This document shows positions 1-9,577 of a stretch of DNA of 64,000 bases, piece after piece. The notes beneath the pieces are model-generated. The model saw nothing but the letters and a program-made list of their open reading frames with translations, was not told the origin of the DNA and ran no database searches. The position numbers and the translations under genes were made by a program. The stretch is from an uncultured Candidatus Rokubacteria bacterium. GTDB taxonomy: Bacteria; Methylomirabilota; Methylomirabilia; Rokubacteriales; DASRDR01. Numbering within the stretch: position 1 is the stretch's first letter; every line of letters starts with the position of its first letter. The DNA lies in the NCBI GenBank assembly GCA_963708025.1, contig CAVPSB010000019.1:192001-256000 (forward strand). Reading direction: 5' to 3'.

Positions 1-555
1 GAGACTCCCGACCAGGCTCGAGCGCGGTCCGCCCCGGCAGACCAGCGCGATCGGCCGGTCCTTCGGTAGCTCGCCGGCCCGTCCGGGCACCTCGCGCATC
101 GGGATGTGGAGGGCGCCGGCGATGTGCCCCTCCTCCCACTCGAAGGGCTCGCGGACGTCGAGCACCACGAGGTCCCCGCCGGCCTGGAGCCGCCGGGCCA
201 GCTCGGGGGCCGTGACGTTGGGCAGCTCCGCCACCGGCAGGCCCGAGGCCCCCACGGCGGCGCTCCCGACCGCGTAGGCCTGGGTCTCGTCCAGGCCGAT
301 GCGGGCGAGCGACGACAGCGCCCGGGCCACCTCGCCCTCGGTCTCGGCGAGGAGGACGAGCGGCCGGTCGGGCGGCACGAACCAGCTCACCCGCTCGGCG
401 AACTGCGGGCCGTCGATCCACACGTTCAGGCTCCCGGCGACGTGGCCGGCCCCGAAGGCCCGCGGGTCCCGGATGTCCACCAGCGTCGCGCCGGCGGCGA
501 GGCGGGCCGCGAGGTCGGCGGGCTGGAGCCGCTCCGGCGTCGGGCGCCTGGTCAT
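1..555 (-). CDS. Tandem rhodanese-domain protein (runs off the window edge)
   Basis: Hand translation from ATG 555 (GAGGGG upstream): MTRRPTPERL..LVDIRDPRAFGAGHVAGSLNV..LVVLDVREPFEWEEGHIAGALHIP..IALVCRGGPRS. Two rhodanese folds, catalytic-loop Cys in the second. Absent from the ORF track because there is no stop in the window. Confidence 0.85.
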   Translation of the reverse strand, partial: MTRRPTPERLQPADLAARLAAGATLVDIRDPRAFGAGHVAGSLNVWIDGPQFAERVSWFVPPDRPLVLLAETEGEVARALSSLARIGLDETQAYAVGSAAVGASGLPVAELPNVTAPELARRLQAGGDLVVLDVREPFEWEEGHIAGALHIPMREVPGRAGELPKDRPIALVCRGGPRSSLVGSL

Positions 556-586
556 GACCACCCCTCGTGGGGCGGCGGCTCGAAGA

Positions 587-1075
587 TCACGGGTCGCCGT
601 CGCTCTCCAGGTGATGGTAGCCGCCCTGGAAGTAGAGGAGCGGCGGGCCCCCGGCGATCGAGACGCCCTCCACCCGGCCCACGAAGATGGTGTGGTCGCC
701 CCCGGCGTACTGGTGGACCACCCGGCACTCGAGCGCCGCCACCACGCCGTCGAGGAGGGGCAGCCGCTCGCGGCCTTCGCGGTAGGCGACCCCCGCGAAC
801 TTGTCGGCTCCGGTCGTCGAGAAGAGGCGGGACAGGTGCTCCTGGCTCTTGCCGAGCATGTTCACCGCGAACCAGCCGTACTCCCGGAGGGCGGGGTAGG
901 CCGTCGCCGCGTGGTCGACGCACACCAGGACCAGCGGCGGGTGCAGGGACACGGCGGTGAACGCGCTGGCGGTCAGCCCGGCGGGGTGACCGTCGCCGTC
1001 CCGCGTGGTGATCACCGTGACGCCGGCCGGGAACTGGCGGAGCGCGGCCCGGAACTCGCTCGCGGTGACGGCCAT
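587..1075 (-). CDS. Flavin reductase family protein (HpaC/RutF-like)
   Basis: FRAALRQFPAGVTVIT, SAFTAVSLHPPLVLVC and GDHTIFVG motifs. Confidence 0.92.
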   Translation of the reverse strand: MAVTASEFRAALRQFPAGVTVITTRDGDGHPAGLTASAFTAVSLHPPLVLVCVDHAATAYPALREYGWFAVNMLGKSQEHLSRLFSTTGADKFAGVAYREGRERLPLLDGVVAALECRVVHQYAGGDHTIFVGRVEGVSIAGGPPLLYFQGGYHHLESDGDP

Positions 1076-1086
1076 GGCCTGCTTCA

Positions 1087-1115
1087 GTTGTAGCAAAGCC
1101 GAAACGCCATTTCAA
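1087..1115 (-). promoter_or_regulatory. Putative sigma70 promoter for flavin reductase/rhodanese
   Basis: Minus strand TTGAAA-N17-TACAAC upstream of ATG 1075. Confidence 0.35.
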
Positions 1116-1151
1116 CGGCTGCGACAACGAGCCCGCGCCTCCTGGCGTGCC

Positions 1152-1181
1152 TTGACAAGGGGTTGGGCGTCTGGCTACCTT
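1152..1181 (+). promoter_or_regulatory. Putative sigma70 promoter for the ABC operon
   Basis: TTGACA-N18-TACCTT. Confidence 0.35.
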
Positions 1182-1267
1182 GAGCGTGCCTTCACCGTGC
1201 CTTCCGCAGCGCCGCGGAATCCCATGAACCCCCCGGGCGGGACCGCCCAGCCGACAGGAGGTCGACG

Positions 1268-2891
1268 ATGCAGCGAGACGATGGGAGGGTCGAGACGCCG
1301 AACGTGGACGCGCTGGTCAACGCCTGGCAGGCCGGCGCCGTGTCGCGCCGCGAGTTCCTGCACCGGGCGGGCAGCCTGGGCCTCGGGGCGGCCGCCGCCG
1401 GGGCCCTGCTGGCGGCGGCGCCCCGGCCGCTGGCCGCCCAGACGACGCAGAAGCGCGAGCTGGTGGTCGGGCAGGGCGGCGACATCTCGAAGTTCGACCC
1501 GCACTTCTCGACGTCCGCCAACGACATCCGGATCTCCTTCAACATCTTCGACAACCTGACCAGCCGCCATCCGGACGGCAAGCTCTACCCCGGGCTGGCC
1601 ACCGAGTGGAAGACAACGGGCCCCACGACCTGGCAGTTCAAGCTCCGCCCGGGGGTGAAGTGGCACAACGGCGATCCCTTCAGCGCGGCGGACGCCAAGT
1701 TCAGTATCGAGCGCACCTACGACCCCAACGTGAAGACGATGGTCGCGACGGTGTTCACGACGATCGATCGGATCGAGGCGCCGGACGGCGCCACGCTCGT
1801 GATCCACACCAAGAAGCCCGATCCTCTCCTGCCCGCGCGGCTGGCCTTCTACGGCGGGCAGATCGTGCCCAAGAAGTACGTGGAGCAGGTCGGCGCCGAC
1901 ACGTTCAACCTGAAGCCGGTCGGCACCGGGCCCGTCCAGCTCGGGTCGTGGACGAAGGACGACAAGACGGTGCTGGAGGCCAACTCCGACTACTGGGGCG
2001 GGAAGATCGACGTGGACCGCGTCATCTCCCGGCCCATCCCCGAGAACGCGGCACGGGTGGCTGCGCTCCTGAAGGGTGAGATCGACGCGATGGTGCTCCT
2101 GACGCCCGACCACTTCGATCGGGTCAACCAGAGCCCGACCACGAGGGCGGCGGGCGCCCTCTACGCGGGACTCTACGTGCTGGCGGTGAACTCCAAGGTC
2201 AAGCCGCTCGACAACCCGCTGGTCAAGCAGGCGCTCTCGCTGGCGATCGACCGCGAGGCCATCGTCAAGGAGCTGTGGCGCGGCCACGGCATCGTCCCCA
2301 ACAGCCCGATCGCGAAGGGTGACAACCACTACGACGCGCTCGCTGCCGCCGCTGGCGTACGACCCGAAGGAGGCCAAGGAGCGCCTGAAGAAGGCGGGGT
2401 ACCGGAACGAGCCGATCTACATCGAGACCACCGCGGGCTACACCGCCAACGACAAGCCCATGTCCGAGGCCATCGCCGGGATGTGGAAGGACGTCGGGAT
2501 CAACGTGGTGGTCGAGGTGATCGAGTACTCGGTCCGCGCGCAGAAGAACCGCGAGAAGAGCTTCAAGGGCATGTTCTGGTCGGATCCGACCTCGACCCTC
2601 GCCGATCCCGACGGCATGATGTGGCGGCTGCTCGGTCCCGGCGGCCCCCAGGACTACTGGCGCCACCCGGAGTGGGACGAGCTGGGGAACGCAGCCCGGT
2701 TCAGCCTCGACGAGAAGTTCCGGGGGGAGGCCTACCGGAAGATGACGAAGATCTTCCTGGAGTACAACCCGTGGCTGGTCGTCATCCAGCCCACCGAGGA
2801 CTACGGGTTCCAGAAGTACGTCGAGTTCACGCCGAACCCGAACCAGCAGTTCGAGGTCCGGCGCTTCAACTTCCGGATGCGGCGCGCCTAG
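1268..2891 (+). CDS. Peptide/nickel ABC substrate-binding protein (family 5), Tat-exported; frameshift near 2340
   Basis: SRREFL Tat motif, LRPGVKWHNGDPFSAADAKFS, PVGTGP; C-terminal half continues in ORF 2319..2891; AGGAGGT RBS. Confidence 0.9.
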
Positions 2892-2899
2892 CACCGATC

Positions 2900-2942
2900 G
2901 CGGCGCCCGGCCCCGCCCGCCGGCGGCGGGGCCGGGCGCCGC
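2900..2942 (+). terminator. 18-bp perfect GC stem-loop between the SBP and permease genes (mRNA stabiliser or attenuator)
   Basis: GCGGCGCCCGGCCCCGCC (2900-2917) pairs with GGCGGGGCCGGGCGCCGC (2925-2942); no U-tract. Confidence 0.55.
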
Positions 2943-2947
2943 TCCCG

Positions 2948-3871
2948 ATGCGCGGATTCGGCGGCTTCCTCGCCTATCGGTTCTTCCGCACCCTCGTCGC
3001 CCTCTGGCTGGTCTCCACGGTCGTGTTCGTGGTGATGCGCCTGTCGGGCGATCCGGTGCCGCTCCTCTTGCCGCCCGACGCCCCCATCGCCGAGATGGAG
3101 CGGGTGCGGCGCGACCTCGGCCTGGACCGGTCGCTGCCGGTGCAGTACGCGGTGTTCATCGGGAACGTCGTCCGGGGCGACTTCGGTCGATCCATCCACT
3201 TCCGCCAGCCGGCCATGCAGGTCGCCCTCGGCTACCTGTCGGCCACGTTCGAGCTGGGCCTGGCCGCGTTCCTGATCGCGGTCGTGGTCGCCTTCCCGGT
3301 CGGCGTGTTCTCCGCCGTCCGCCGGAACTCGCCGCTCGACCACGCCGCGATGGGCCTGGCCCTGGTCGGCCAGTCGGCCCCGACCTTCTTCCTCGGCATC
3401 CTCTTCATCCTGGTCCTGGCCCTCCGCCTCGACCTCTTCCCGACCTCCGGCCGCGGCGACTGGCGGCACCTGGTCCTGCCCGCGCTCACCCTCGGCGCCT
3501 TCACCATGGCGTCGATCGCGCGCATCACGCGCTCGGCGGTGCTCGAGGTCCAGCGGGCCGACTTCATCCGGACGGCCCGCGCCAAGGGGCTGTCGGAGGT
3601 GTGGGTGGTCGGCAAGCACACCCTGAAGAACGCGGCGCTCCCGATCCTGACGATCACCGGGCTCCAGTTCGGAACGCTGCTGGGCGGCGCCGTGGTGACC
3701 GAGACCGTGTTCGCCTGGCCCGGGATGGGTCGCCTGGCCATCCAGTCGATCTACAACCGCGACTACCCGGTGGTGCAGTCCACCGTCTTCATCGCCGCGG
3801 CGCTGTTCATCGTGATCAACCTGGCGCTGGACGTGCTGTATGGCGTCCTGGACCCGCGGGCCCGGACGTGA
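2948..3871 (+). CDS. Peptide ABC permease (DppB-like)
   Basis: LGLDRSLPVQY, GDFGRS, FIRTARAKGLSE, RDYPVVQ. Confidence 0.93.
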   Translation: MRGFGGFLAYRFFRTLVALWLVSTVVFVVMRLSGDPVPLLLPPDAPIAEMERVRRDLGLDRSLPVQYAVFIGNVVRGDFGRSIHFRQPAMQVALGYLSATFELGLAAFLIAVVVAFPVGVFSAVRRNSPLDHAAMGLALVGQSAPTFFLGILFILVLALRLDLFPTSGRGDWRHLVLPALTLGAFTMASIARITRSAVLEVQRADFIRTARAKGLSEVWVVGKHTLKNAALPILTITGLQFGTLLGGAVVTETVFAWPGMGRLAIQSIYNRDYPVVQSTVFIAAALFIVINLALDVLYGVLDPRART

Positions 3872-3919
3872 GCGGTAGCCGGGCCGATACCCGTCGCCGC
3901 GGGTCGTCCTCCATCCCGA

Positions 3920-4110
3920 CCGGGACGTGCTCGGCCTCTGGCCTCGCGTTCGTCCCGGTCTCGGGGGGCCTCGCCGGTCCTCAGCGTATGCGGCATACGC
4001 TTCCGGCCGGCTCGACTGTCATCCCGGCCGCGACGCGCTCGGCCTGCGGCCGCGCGTCCGTCCCGGCCTCTGGGCGTCCTACCGCGGCTCGGGTCTCGGC
4101 CCGGCTCAGA
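3920..4110. repeat. Composite palindromic intergenic repeat, family D (copy 1)
   Basis: Two GACG(T/C)GCTCGGCCT..GGCC.CGCGT.CGTCCCGG units flank the hairpin CCTCAGCGTATG-CGG-CATACGC; related to 62262-62420. Confidence 0.7.
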
Positions 4111-4152
4111 TTTGTGACCGTCGCTGGTCCCGGGTAAGCCCGTGAGCTACGA

Positions 4153-5058
4153 GTGAGCCAGGTCCTCGCCCGCCCCGCGCCGCCCCCCGCGGTCACGGTC
4201 GCGAGCGCCGTCGCGGCCCGACGGCGCCGCCGGTGGCCGGTCCCGATCCTGGCCGCGGCCGGCTTCGTGGGCGCGCTGGTCGTCGTGGCGGTGGCCGCAC
4301 CCTTCCTGGCCCCGCACGACCCCGAGCGCGGCTCGCTCCGCGCCCGCCTGGCCGGGCCGACGTGGCAGGCCGCGGACGGCAAGGCCCACGCCCTCGGCAC
4401 TGACCACCTCGGACGGGACGTCCTCTCCCGCGTGATCTTCGGGACCCGGGTCTCCCTGACGGTGGGCTTCGCGGCGGTCGCCATCGGCGGCCTGATCGGG
4501 GGGCTGCTCGGGCTCGTGGCCGGGTACCGCGCCGGCTGGCTCGACGAGGTGATCATGACGGTGGCCGACGCCCAGCTCGCGTTCCCCTTCATCCTGCTGG
4601 CGATCGGGATCATCGCGGTCCTCGGCCCCTCGTTCCCGAACCTCATCGTCGTGGTGGGACTGTCGGGGTGGGTGACCTATGCCCGTGTCCTGCGCTCGCA
4701 GGTGCTGTCGCTGCGCCGGCGGGAGTTCGTGGACGCGATCCTCGGGCTCGGCGGCTCCGTCCCTCGCGTGCTGCTCCGCCACATCCTGCCGAACGTGGGG
4801 TCCACCCTGATGGTCATCGCCACGCTGGAGCTGGCGCGCGCCATCGTGCTGGAGGCCACGCTCTCCTTCCTGGGACTCGGCATCCAGCCGCCCACCCCGT
4901 CCTGGGGGGGAATGATCCAGGAGGGCCGGGAGTACCTGGACACCGCCTGGTGGATCTCGATCTTCCCGGGCGCCGTGCTGATGCTGACCTCGCTCGTGGT
5001 CAGCCGGACCGGCGACTGGCTGCGCGACGTCCTCGACCCCACGCTGCGCGGCGAGTAG
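4153..5058 (+). CDS. Peptide ABC permease (DppC-like)
   Basis: HALGTDHLGRDVLSRVIFG, LRHILPN, SFLGLGIQPPTPSWG. Confidence 0.93.
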   Translation: MSQVLARPAPPPAVTVASAVAARRRRRWPVPILAAAGFVGALVVVAVAAPFLAPHDPERGSLRARLAGPTWQAADGKAHALGTDHLGRDVLSRVIFGTRVSLTVGFAAVAIGGLIGGLLGLVAGYRAGWLDEVIMTVADAQLAFPFILLAIGIIAVLGPSFPNLIVVVGLSGWVTYARVLRSQVLSLRRREFVDAILGLGGSVPRVLLRHILPNVGSTLMVIATLELARAIVLEATLSFLGLGIQPPTPSWGGMIQEGREYLDTAWWISIFPGAVLMLTSLVVSRTGDWLRDVLDPTLRGE

Positions 5059-5062
5059 CCGG

Positions 5063-6310
5063 ATGGCGGAGGTGGTCGTGATCGGCGCGGGCGTCATCGG
5101 CGTCTGCGCCGCCTGGTACCTGGTCCGCGACGGCCACACCGTCACGCTCCTCGACCGGGACGACGTCTGCGCCGGCAGCTCCTACGGCAACGCCGGATTG
5201 ATCGTGCCGAGCCACAGCATCCCGCTGGCCGCCCCCGGAATCCTGTGGAAGGGCCTCCGGTGGATGCTCGACCCGGAGAGCCCGTTCTACATCAAGCCTC
5301 GCCTCGACCGGGAGCTCCTGGCCTGGCTCTGGAAGTTCCGGGGGGCCTGCACCGCCGGTCACGTGGCGCGGGCCGTCCCGGTGTTGCGCGACCTCGGCCT
5401 GGCGAGCCTCGGCCTCTACCGGGAGCTGGCCGCGATCGACGGCCTGCACTCGGGCTTCGAGCAGCGGGGGGTGCTGGCGGTGTTCCGGACCGCGCCCGGC
5501 TTCGAGGAGGCGCGACACGAGGCCGACCTTCTCCGGGCGAACGGGCTCCGCGTCGAGATGCTGGACGCCGCCGCCGCGCGCGCGGCCGAGCCGAGCCTCG
5601 GTCCCGCGGTGGTCGGGGCCCTCCGCTTCCCGGACGACGCCCAGCTCGTGCCCGACGCCTTCGTGACCGGGCTCGCCCGCGCCGCCGCCTCCCTCGGCGT
5701 CCGCATCCGTCGGGAGACGGAGGTGCTCGGCTTCGAGACCAGCGGCCGCCGGATCGGGGCGGTGGAGACCACGCGGGGGCGGCTCCGGGCCGACGAGGTG
5801 GTCCTCGCCGCCGGGGCCTGGTCGGCCTCGCTCGCGCGCGAGCTCGGCCTGCGGCTGCCGATCCAGCCGGCCAAGGGCTACAGCGTGACCTGCGAGCGGC
5901 CGGCCGATGGCCCGGCGGTGCCGCTCTTGCTCGGCGAGGCGAAGATGGCGATCACCCCGATGGGCAACCGGCTGCGCTTCGCCGGGACGCTGGAGCTGGC
6001 CGGGCTCGACCTGTCGATCGACCGCCGCCGGGTCGAGGCCGTCCGGCGGTCGGCCGGCGCCTTCCTGGGCGCCGGCGTGGACGGCTTGCCGCTGGTCGAG
6101 ATCTGGCGCGGCCTCCGCCCGTGCACGCCCGACGGGCTGCCGATCATCGGCCGGCCGGCGCGGCTCGACAACCTCATCCTGGCCACCGGTCACGCCATGA
6201 TCGGCGTGTCCCTGGGGCCGGTCACCGGGAAGCTCGTCGCCCAGCTCGCCGCCGGCGCCACGCCGCTGATCGACCTCGAGCCGCTGCGGGCCGAGCGCTT
6301 CTCGAGCTGA
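5063..6310 (+). CDS. FAD-dependent D-amino acid dehydrogenase (DadA-like)
   Basis: VIGAGVIG, SSYGNAG, IQPAKGYS, WRGLRPCTPDGLPIIG, ATGH. Confidence 0.9.
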   Translation: MAEVVVIGAGVIGVCAAWYLVRDGHTVTLLDRDDVCAGSSYGNAGLIVPSHSIPLAAPGILWKGLRWMLDPESPFYIKPRLDRELLAWLWKFRGACTAGHVARAVPVLRDLGLASLGLYRELAAIDGLHSGFEQRGVLAVFRTAPGFEEARHEADLLRANGLRVEMLDAAAARAAEPSLGPAVVGALRFPDDAQLVPDAFVTGLARAAASLGVRIRRETEVLGFETSGRRIGAVETTRGRLRADEVVLAAGAWSASLARELGLRLPIQPAKGYSVTCERPADGPAVPLLLGEAKMAITPMGNRLRFAGTLELAGLDLSIDRRRVEAVRRSAGAFLGAGVDGLPLVEIWRGLRPCTPDGLPIIGRPARLDNLILATGHAMIGVSLGPVTGKLVAQLAAGATPLIDLEPLRAERFSS

Positions 6311-6407
6311 GCCCCGCGCCGCCGCCGCCCGCGCGTCTCGCGGCGATGAGGCCGATGTGGTACGGTTGGGGCACCACCTGGCCGGTCAACCCGAAGGAGG
6401 GTCTCGA

Positions 6408-7656
6408 ATGAAGGCCTCCCGCGCTCTCCCGGCACTCGCGGTCGTCCTGGTCCTCGCGGTCTTGGCTGGCGGGGCCCGCCGCCGCCCAGGGCCCGATCAA
6501 GATCGGCGAGATCAACTCCTACTCCGGGGTCGGCGCCGCCTTCACGGCCCCGTACCGGGCCGCCCTCGAGATGGCCCTGGAGGAGATCAACGGCAAGGGC
6601 GGGGTGCTCGGCCGGAAGATCGAGGTCGTCTTCCGGGACGACAAGCTGCGGCCGGACGAGGGGATCAAGCACGCCCAGGAGCTGGTCTTCCAGGAGAACG
6701 TGGACTTCCTGATGGGCACCTTCTCCTCCGCGGTCGGGCTGGCGGTGTCCGACTTCGCGCTGAAGAACAAGAAGCTCTTCCTGGCGGCGGAGCCGCTCAC
6801 CGACGCGCTCACCTGGCAGAAGGGCCATCGCTACGTGTTCCGGGTGCGCCCCAACACCTGGGAGCAGGGCCGGATGCTGGCCGACCGGGCGGCGAAGATC
6901 CCGGCCGCCAAGTGGGCCAACATCGGACCCGACTACGAGTACGGGCACAGCGCCTGGGAGAACTACTGGAAGCGGCTGACGGAGCTGAAGCCGGGCGTGA
7001 GCGAGGTCTCCTCCTCGTTCCCCAAGCTCGGCGCCGGCCAGTACCTGGACCACATCAACAAGCTGATCGCCGCCGGCCCCGACGCCCTCTTCACCTCGCT
7101 CTTCGGCGGCGACTGGATCGCCTTCGTCAAGCAGGCCGCCCCGTTCGGGCTCTTCACCGGCGACAAGAAGAAGTTCATCGTCGGCATCCTGCTCGGGGAG
7201 CCGGAGTACATCGATCCCCTCGGGAAGGACGCGCCGGAGGGGATGCTGGTGACCGGCTATCCCTGGTACGGGATCGACACGCCGGCCCACAAGGCCTTCG
7301 TCGAGCGCTACGGGCGATTCGTGAGCCAGAAGTACCCGAACCTCGCGAAGTACCCGTACCAGGGCTCGCTGGTCGGGTACATCACCATGGTGTCGATGGC
7401 CGAGGCCATCCGGAAGGCGGGCACCACCGACACCGAGAACGTCGTGAAGGCGCTGGAGGGGCTCCGGGTGGACACCCCGGTCGGCGCGATCACGTTCCGG
7501 CCCTCCGACCACCAGTCGACGATGGGGGCCTGGGTGGGCACCACCCGGTTCGACCCCCAGCGCGGCGTCGGGATCATGGTGGACTGGGAATACGTGGCGG
7601 GCGAGAAGATCCTGCCCTCGGACGAGGAGGTGCGGAAGCTTCGCCCAGGTAGCTGA
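6408..7656 (+). CDS. Branched-chain-type ABC substrate-binding protein; frameshift in a G run near 6472
   Basis: AAGGAGG RBS, signal peptide MKASRALPALAVVLVLAVLAG, then in the next frame AQGPIKIGEINSYS..EEINGKGGVLGRKIEV..VTGYPWY..FRPSDHQSTMG. Confidence 0.88.
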
Positions 7657-7690
7657 CCCTGCGCCGCCACGCCCACGAACCCCGCTCCGA

Positions 7691-7733
7691 CACCCTCTCC
7701 CCCCACGGGGGAGCGGGTCGGGGTGAGGGGGCC
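7691..7733. repeat. CCCTCTCCC..GGGAG palindromic REP-like element, family E
   Basis: CACCCTCTCCCCCCACGGGGGAGCGGGTCGGGGTGAGGGG; inverse-orientation relative of 50590-50630. Confidence 0.65.
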
Positions 7734-7735
7734 CG

Positions 7736-9577
7736 ATGACCCTCAGCCAGTTCGCGTTGCAGAGCCTGGCCGGCCTGGCCAACGCGATGTTCCTCTTCCT
7801 GGTCGCCTCCGGCCTCTCGCTGATCTTCGGCGTCTCCCGCATCGTCAACTTCGCCCACGGCTCCTTCTACATGCTGGCGGCCTACCTCACCCACACGCTC
7901 CTGTCGGTCCTGCCCGCCTCGCCGTGGCGCTTCTGGCTCGCGCTCCTCCTGGCGCCGGTGGCGGTGGCCCTCCTCGGCGGCCTCGTCGAGGTCGCCCTGC
8001 TGCGGCGCATCTATCGCGCGCCGGAGCTCTACCAGCTCCTCCTCACCTTCGGCCTCGTCCTGATCGCCGGCGATGCCGTCCGCTACCTGTGGGGGACCGA
8101 GAACCGGAGCGTGCCGCTCCCGCCCGGGCTCGCCGGCTCGGTCTCGGTGCTCGGACAGCCGTTTCCGGCGTACTACGGGCTGGTCGTCCTCCTGGGCCCG
8201 CTGGTGACGGCATGGCTCTGGTGGCTCCTCTACCGCACGCGCTGGGGCGTCCTGCTCCGCGCGGCCACGGCCGACCGGGAGATGGTGGCGGCACTCGGCG
8301 TGGACCAGCGGCGGCTCTTCACGGCCGTCTTCGTGTTCGGCTCGTGGCTGGCCGGGCTCGGCGGCGCCCTGGCCGCCCCGCTGGTCGCGCTGACCCCCGG
8401 GATGGACACGGCGATCATCGTGGAGGCCTTCGTCGTGGTGGTCGTGGGCGGCATGGGGAGCCTCGGCGGGAGCCTGCTGGCCGCCGTCCTGATCGGACAG
8501 CTCCAGTCGTTCGGGATCCTGGTCCACGAGCGGGCGTCGCTCATCCTGGTCTTTCTCCTGATGGCGCTGGTCCTCGTCGTGCGACCGTGGGGTCTGCTTG
8601 GCCGGCCGCCGGCCGGCGGCGCCGCCGCGGCCCGGGAGGGCGGGGCCGACGTGTGGCGGGGTCCCCTCGGGCGCCCCCTCGGCTGGGGCGCCGCTGGAGT
8701 CGTCGGGCTGGCCCTGGCGGCCTCGGTCCTGCCGGCCTTCTCGCTGCTGATCGGCGCCGAGGTCCTGGCCTTCGTCCTCTTCGCCGCCAGCCTCCACCTC
8801 CTCTGGGGCTACGGCGGCATGGTCTCGTTCGGGCACGCGGCCTACTTCGGCCTCGGGGCCTACGGCGCCGCGCTCGGGCTCGTCAAGGCGCAGCTCGCGA
8901 TGCCGCTGGCGTTCCTGCTCGGCCCGCTCGTCGCCGCGGCGGCGGCCGCCGTCTTCGGCGTCTTCTGCGTGCGCCTCACCAGCATCTACTTCGCGATGCT
9001 CACGCTGGCGTTCGCCCAGATCGCCTACACGGTGGTCTTCCAGTGGTACGGCTTCACCGGCGGCGACAACGGCCTCCTCGGCGTGTGGCCGCCGCCGTGG
9101 CTCGCGGGGCCGGCGCGCTACTACCTCTTCGCCCTCGGGGTGGCGGCGGCCGGCGTCGCCCTGCTCTTCTGGGTGACCCAGAGCCCCCTCGGGCTGGCGC
9201 TCCGCGCGATCCGGGAGAATCCGCGCCGGGCGGAGGCGGTGGGGATCGACGTCCGGCTGCACCAGTGGGTGGCCTTCGTCCTGGCCGGGCTCGTCGCCGG
9301 GCTGGCCGGGGCCGTCTACGTCTTCCAGAAGGGGAGCGCGTTTCCCAACTACCTCTCCGTCGAGCGGTCGATCGAGCCGCTGGTCATGATCCTGCTCGGC
9401 GGCGTCGCCAGCTTCCTGGGCCCGGTGCTGGGCGCCGCCGCCTTCACGCTGCTCGACACGGTGGTCACGAAGTACCTCCACTACTGGGGCGCCGTCCTCG
9501 GAGTGGTGCTGACCGGCCTGGTCGTGCTCTTCCCGCACGGCCTCCTCGGCGCGCGGCGCTCGAGGAGTGCCTCGTGA
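7736..9577 (+). CDS. Fused LivH-LivM branched-chain amino acid ABC permease
   Basis: GLSLIFGVSRIVNFAHGSFYM (LivH) and GYGGMVSFGHAAYFGLGAY, TGGDNG (LivM) in one 613-aa ORF. Confidence 0.92.
   Translation: MTLSQFALQSLAGLANAMFLFLVASGLSLIFGVSRIVNFAHGSFYMLAAYLTHTLLSVLPASPWRFWLALLLAPVAVALLGGLVEVALLRRIYRAPELYQLLLTFGLVLIAGDAVRYLWGTENRSVPLPPGLAGSVSVLGQPFPAYYGLVVLLGPLVTAWLWWLLYRTRWGVLLRAATADREMVAALGVDQRRLFTAVFVFGSWLAGLGGALAAPLVALTPGMDTAIIVEAFVVVVVGGMGSLGGSLLAAVLIGQLQSFGILVHERASLILVFLLMALVLVVRPWGLLGRPPAGGAAAAREGGADVWRGPLGRPLGWGAAGVVGLALAASVLPAFSLLIGAEVLAFVLFAASLHLLWGYGGMVSFGHAAYFGLGAYGAALGLVKAQLAMPLAFLLGPLVAAAAAAVFGVFCVRLTSIYFAMLTLAFAQIAYTVVFQWYGFTGGDNGLLGVWPPPWLAGPARYYLFALGVAAAGVALLFWVTQSPLGLALRAIRENPRRAEAVGIDVRLHQWVAFVLAGLVAGLAGAVYVFQKGSAFPNYLSVERSIEPLVMILLGGVASFLGPVLGAAAFTLLDTVVTKYLHYWGAVLGVVLTGLVVLFPHGLLGARRSRSAS

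Noticed and set aside
1268-3871. 867-aa SBP-permease fusion ORF
   Set aside because: A frameshift near 2340 creates it; the SBP ends at 2891 and the permease starts at 2948.
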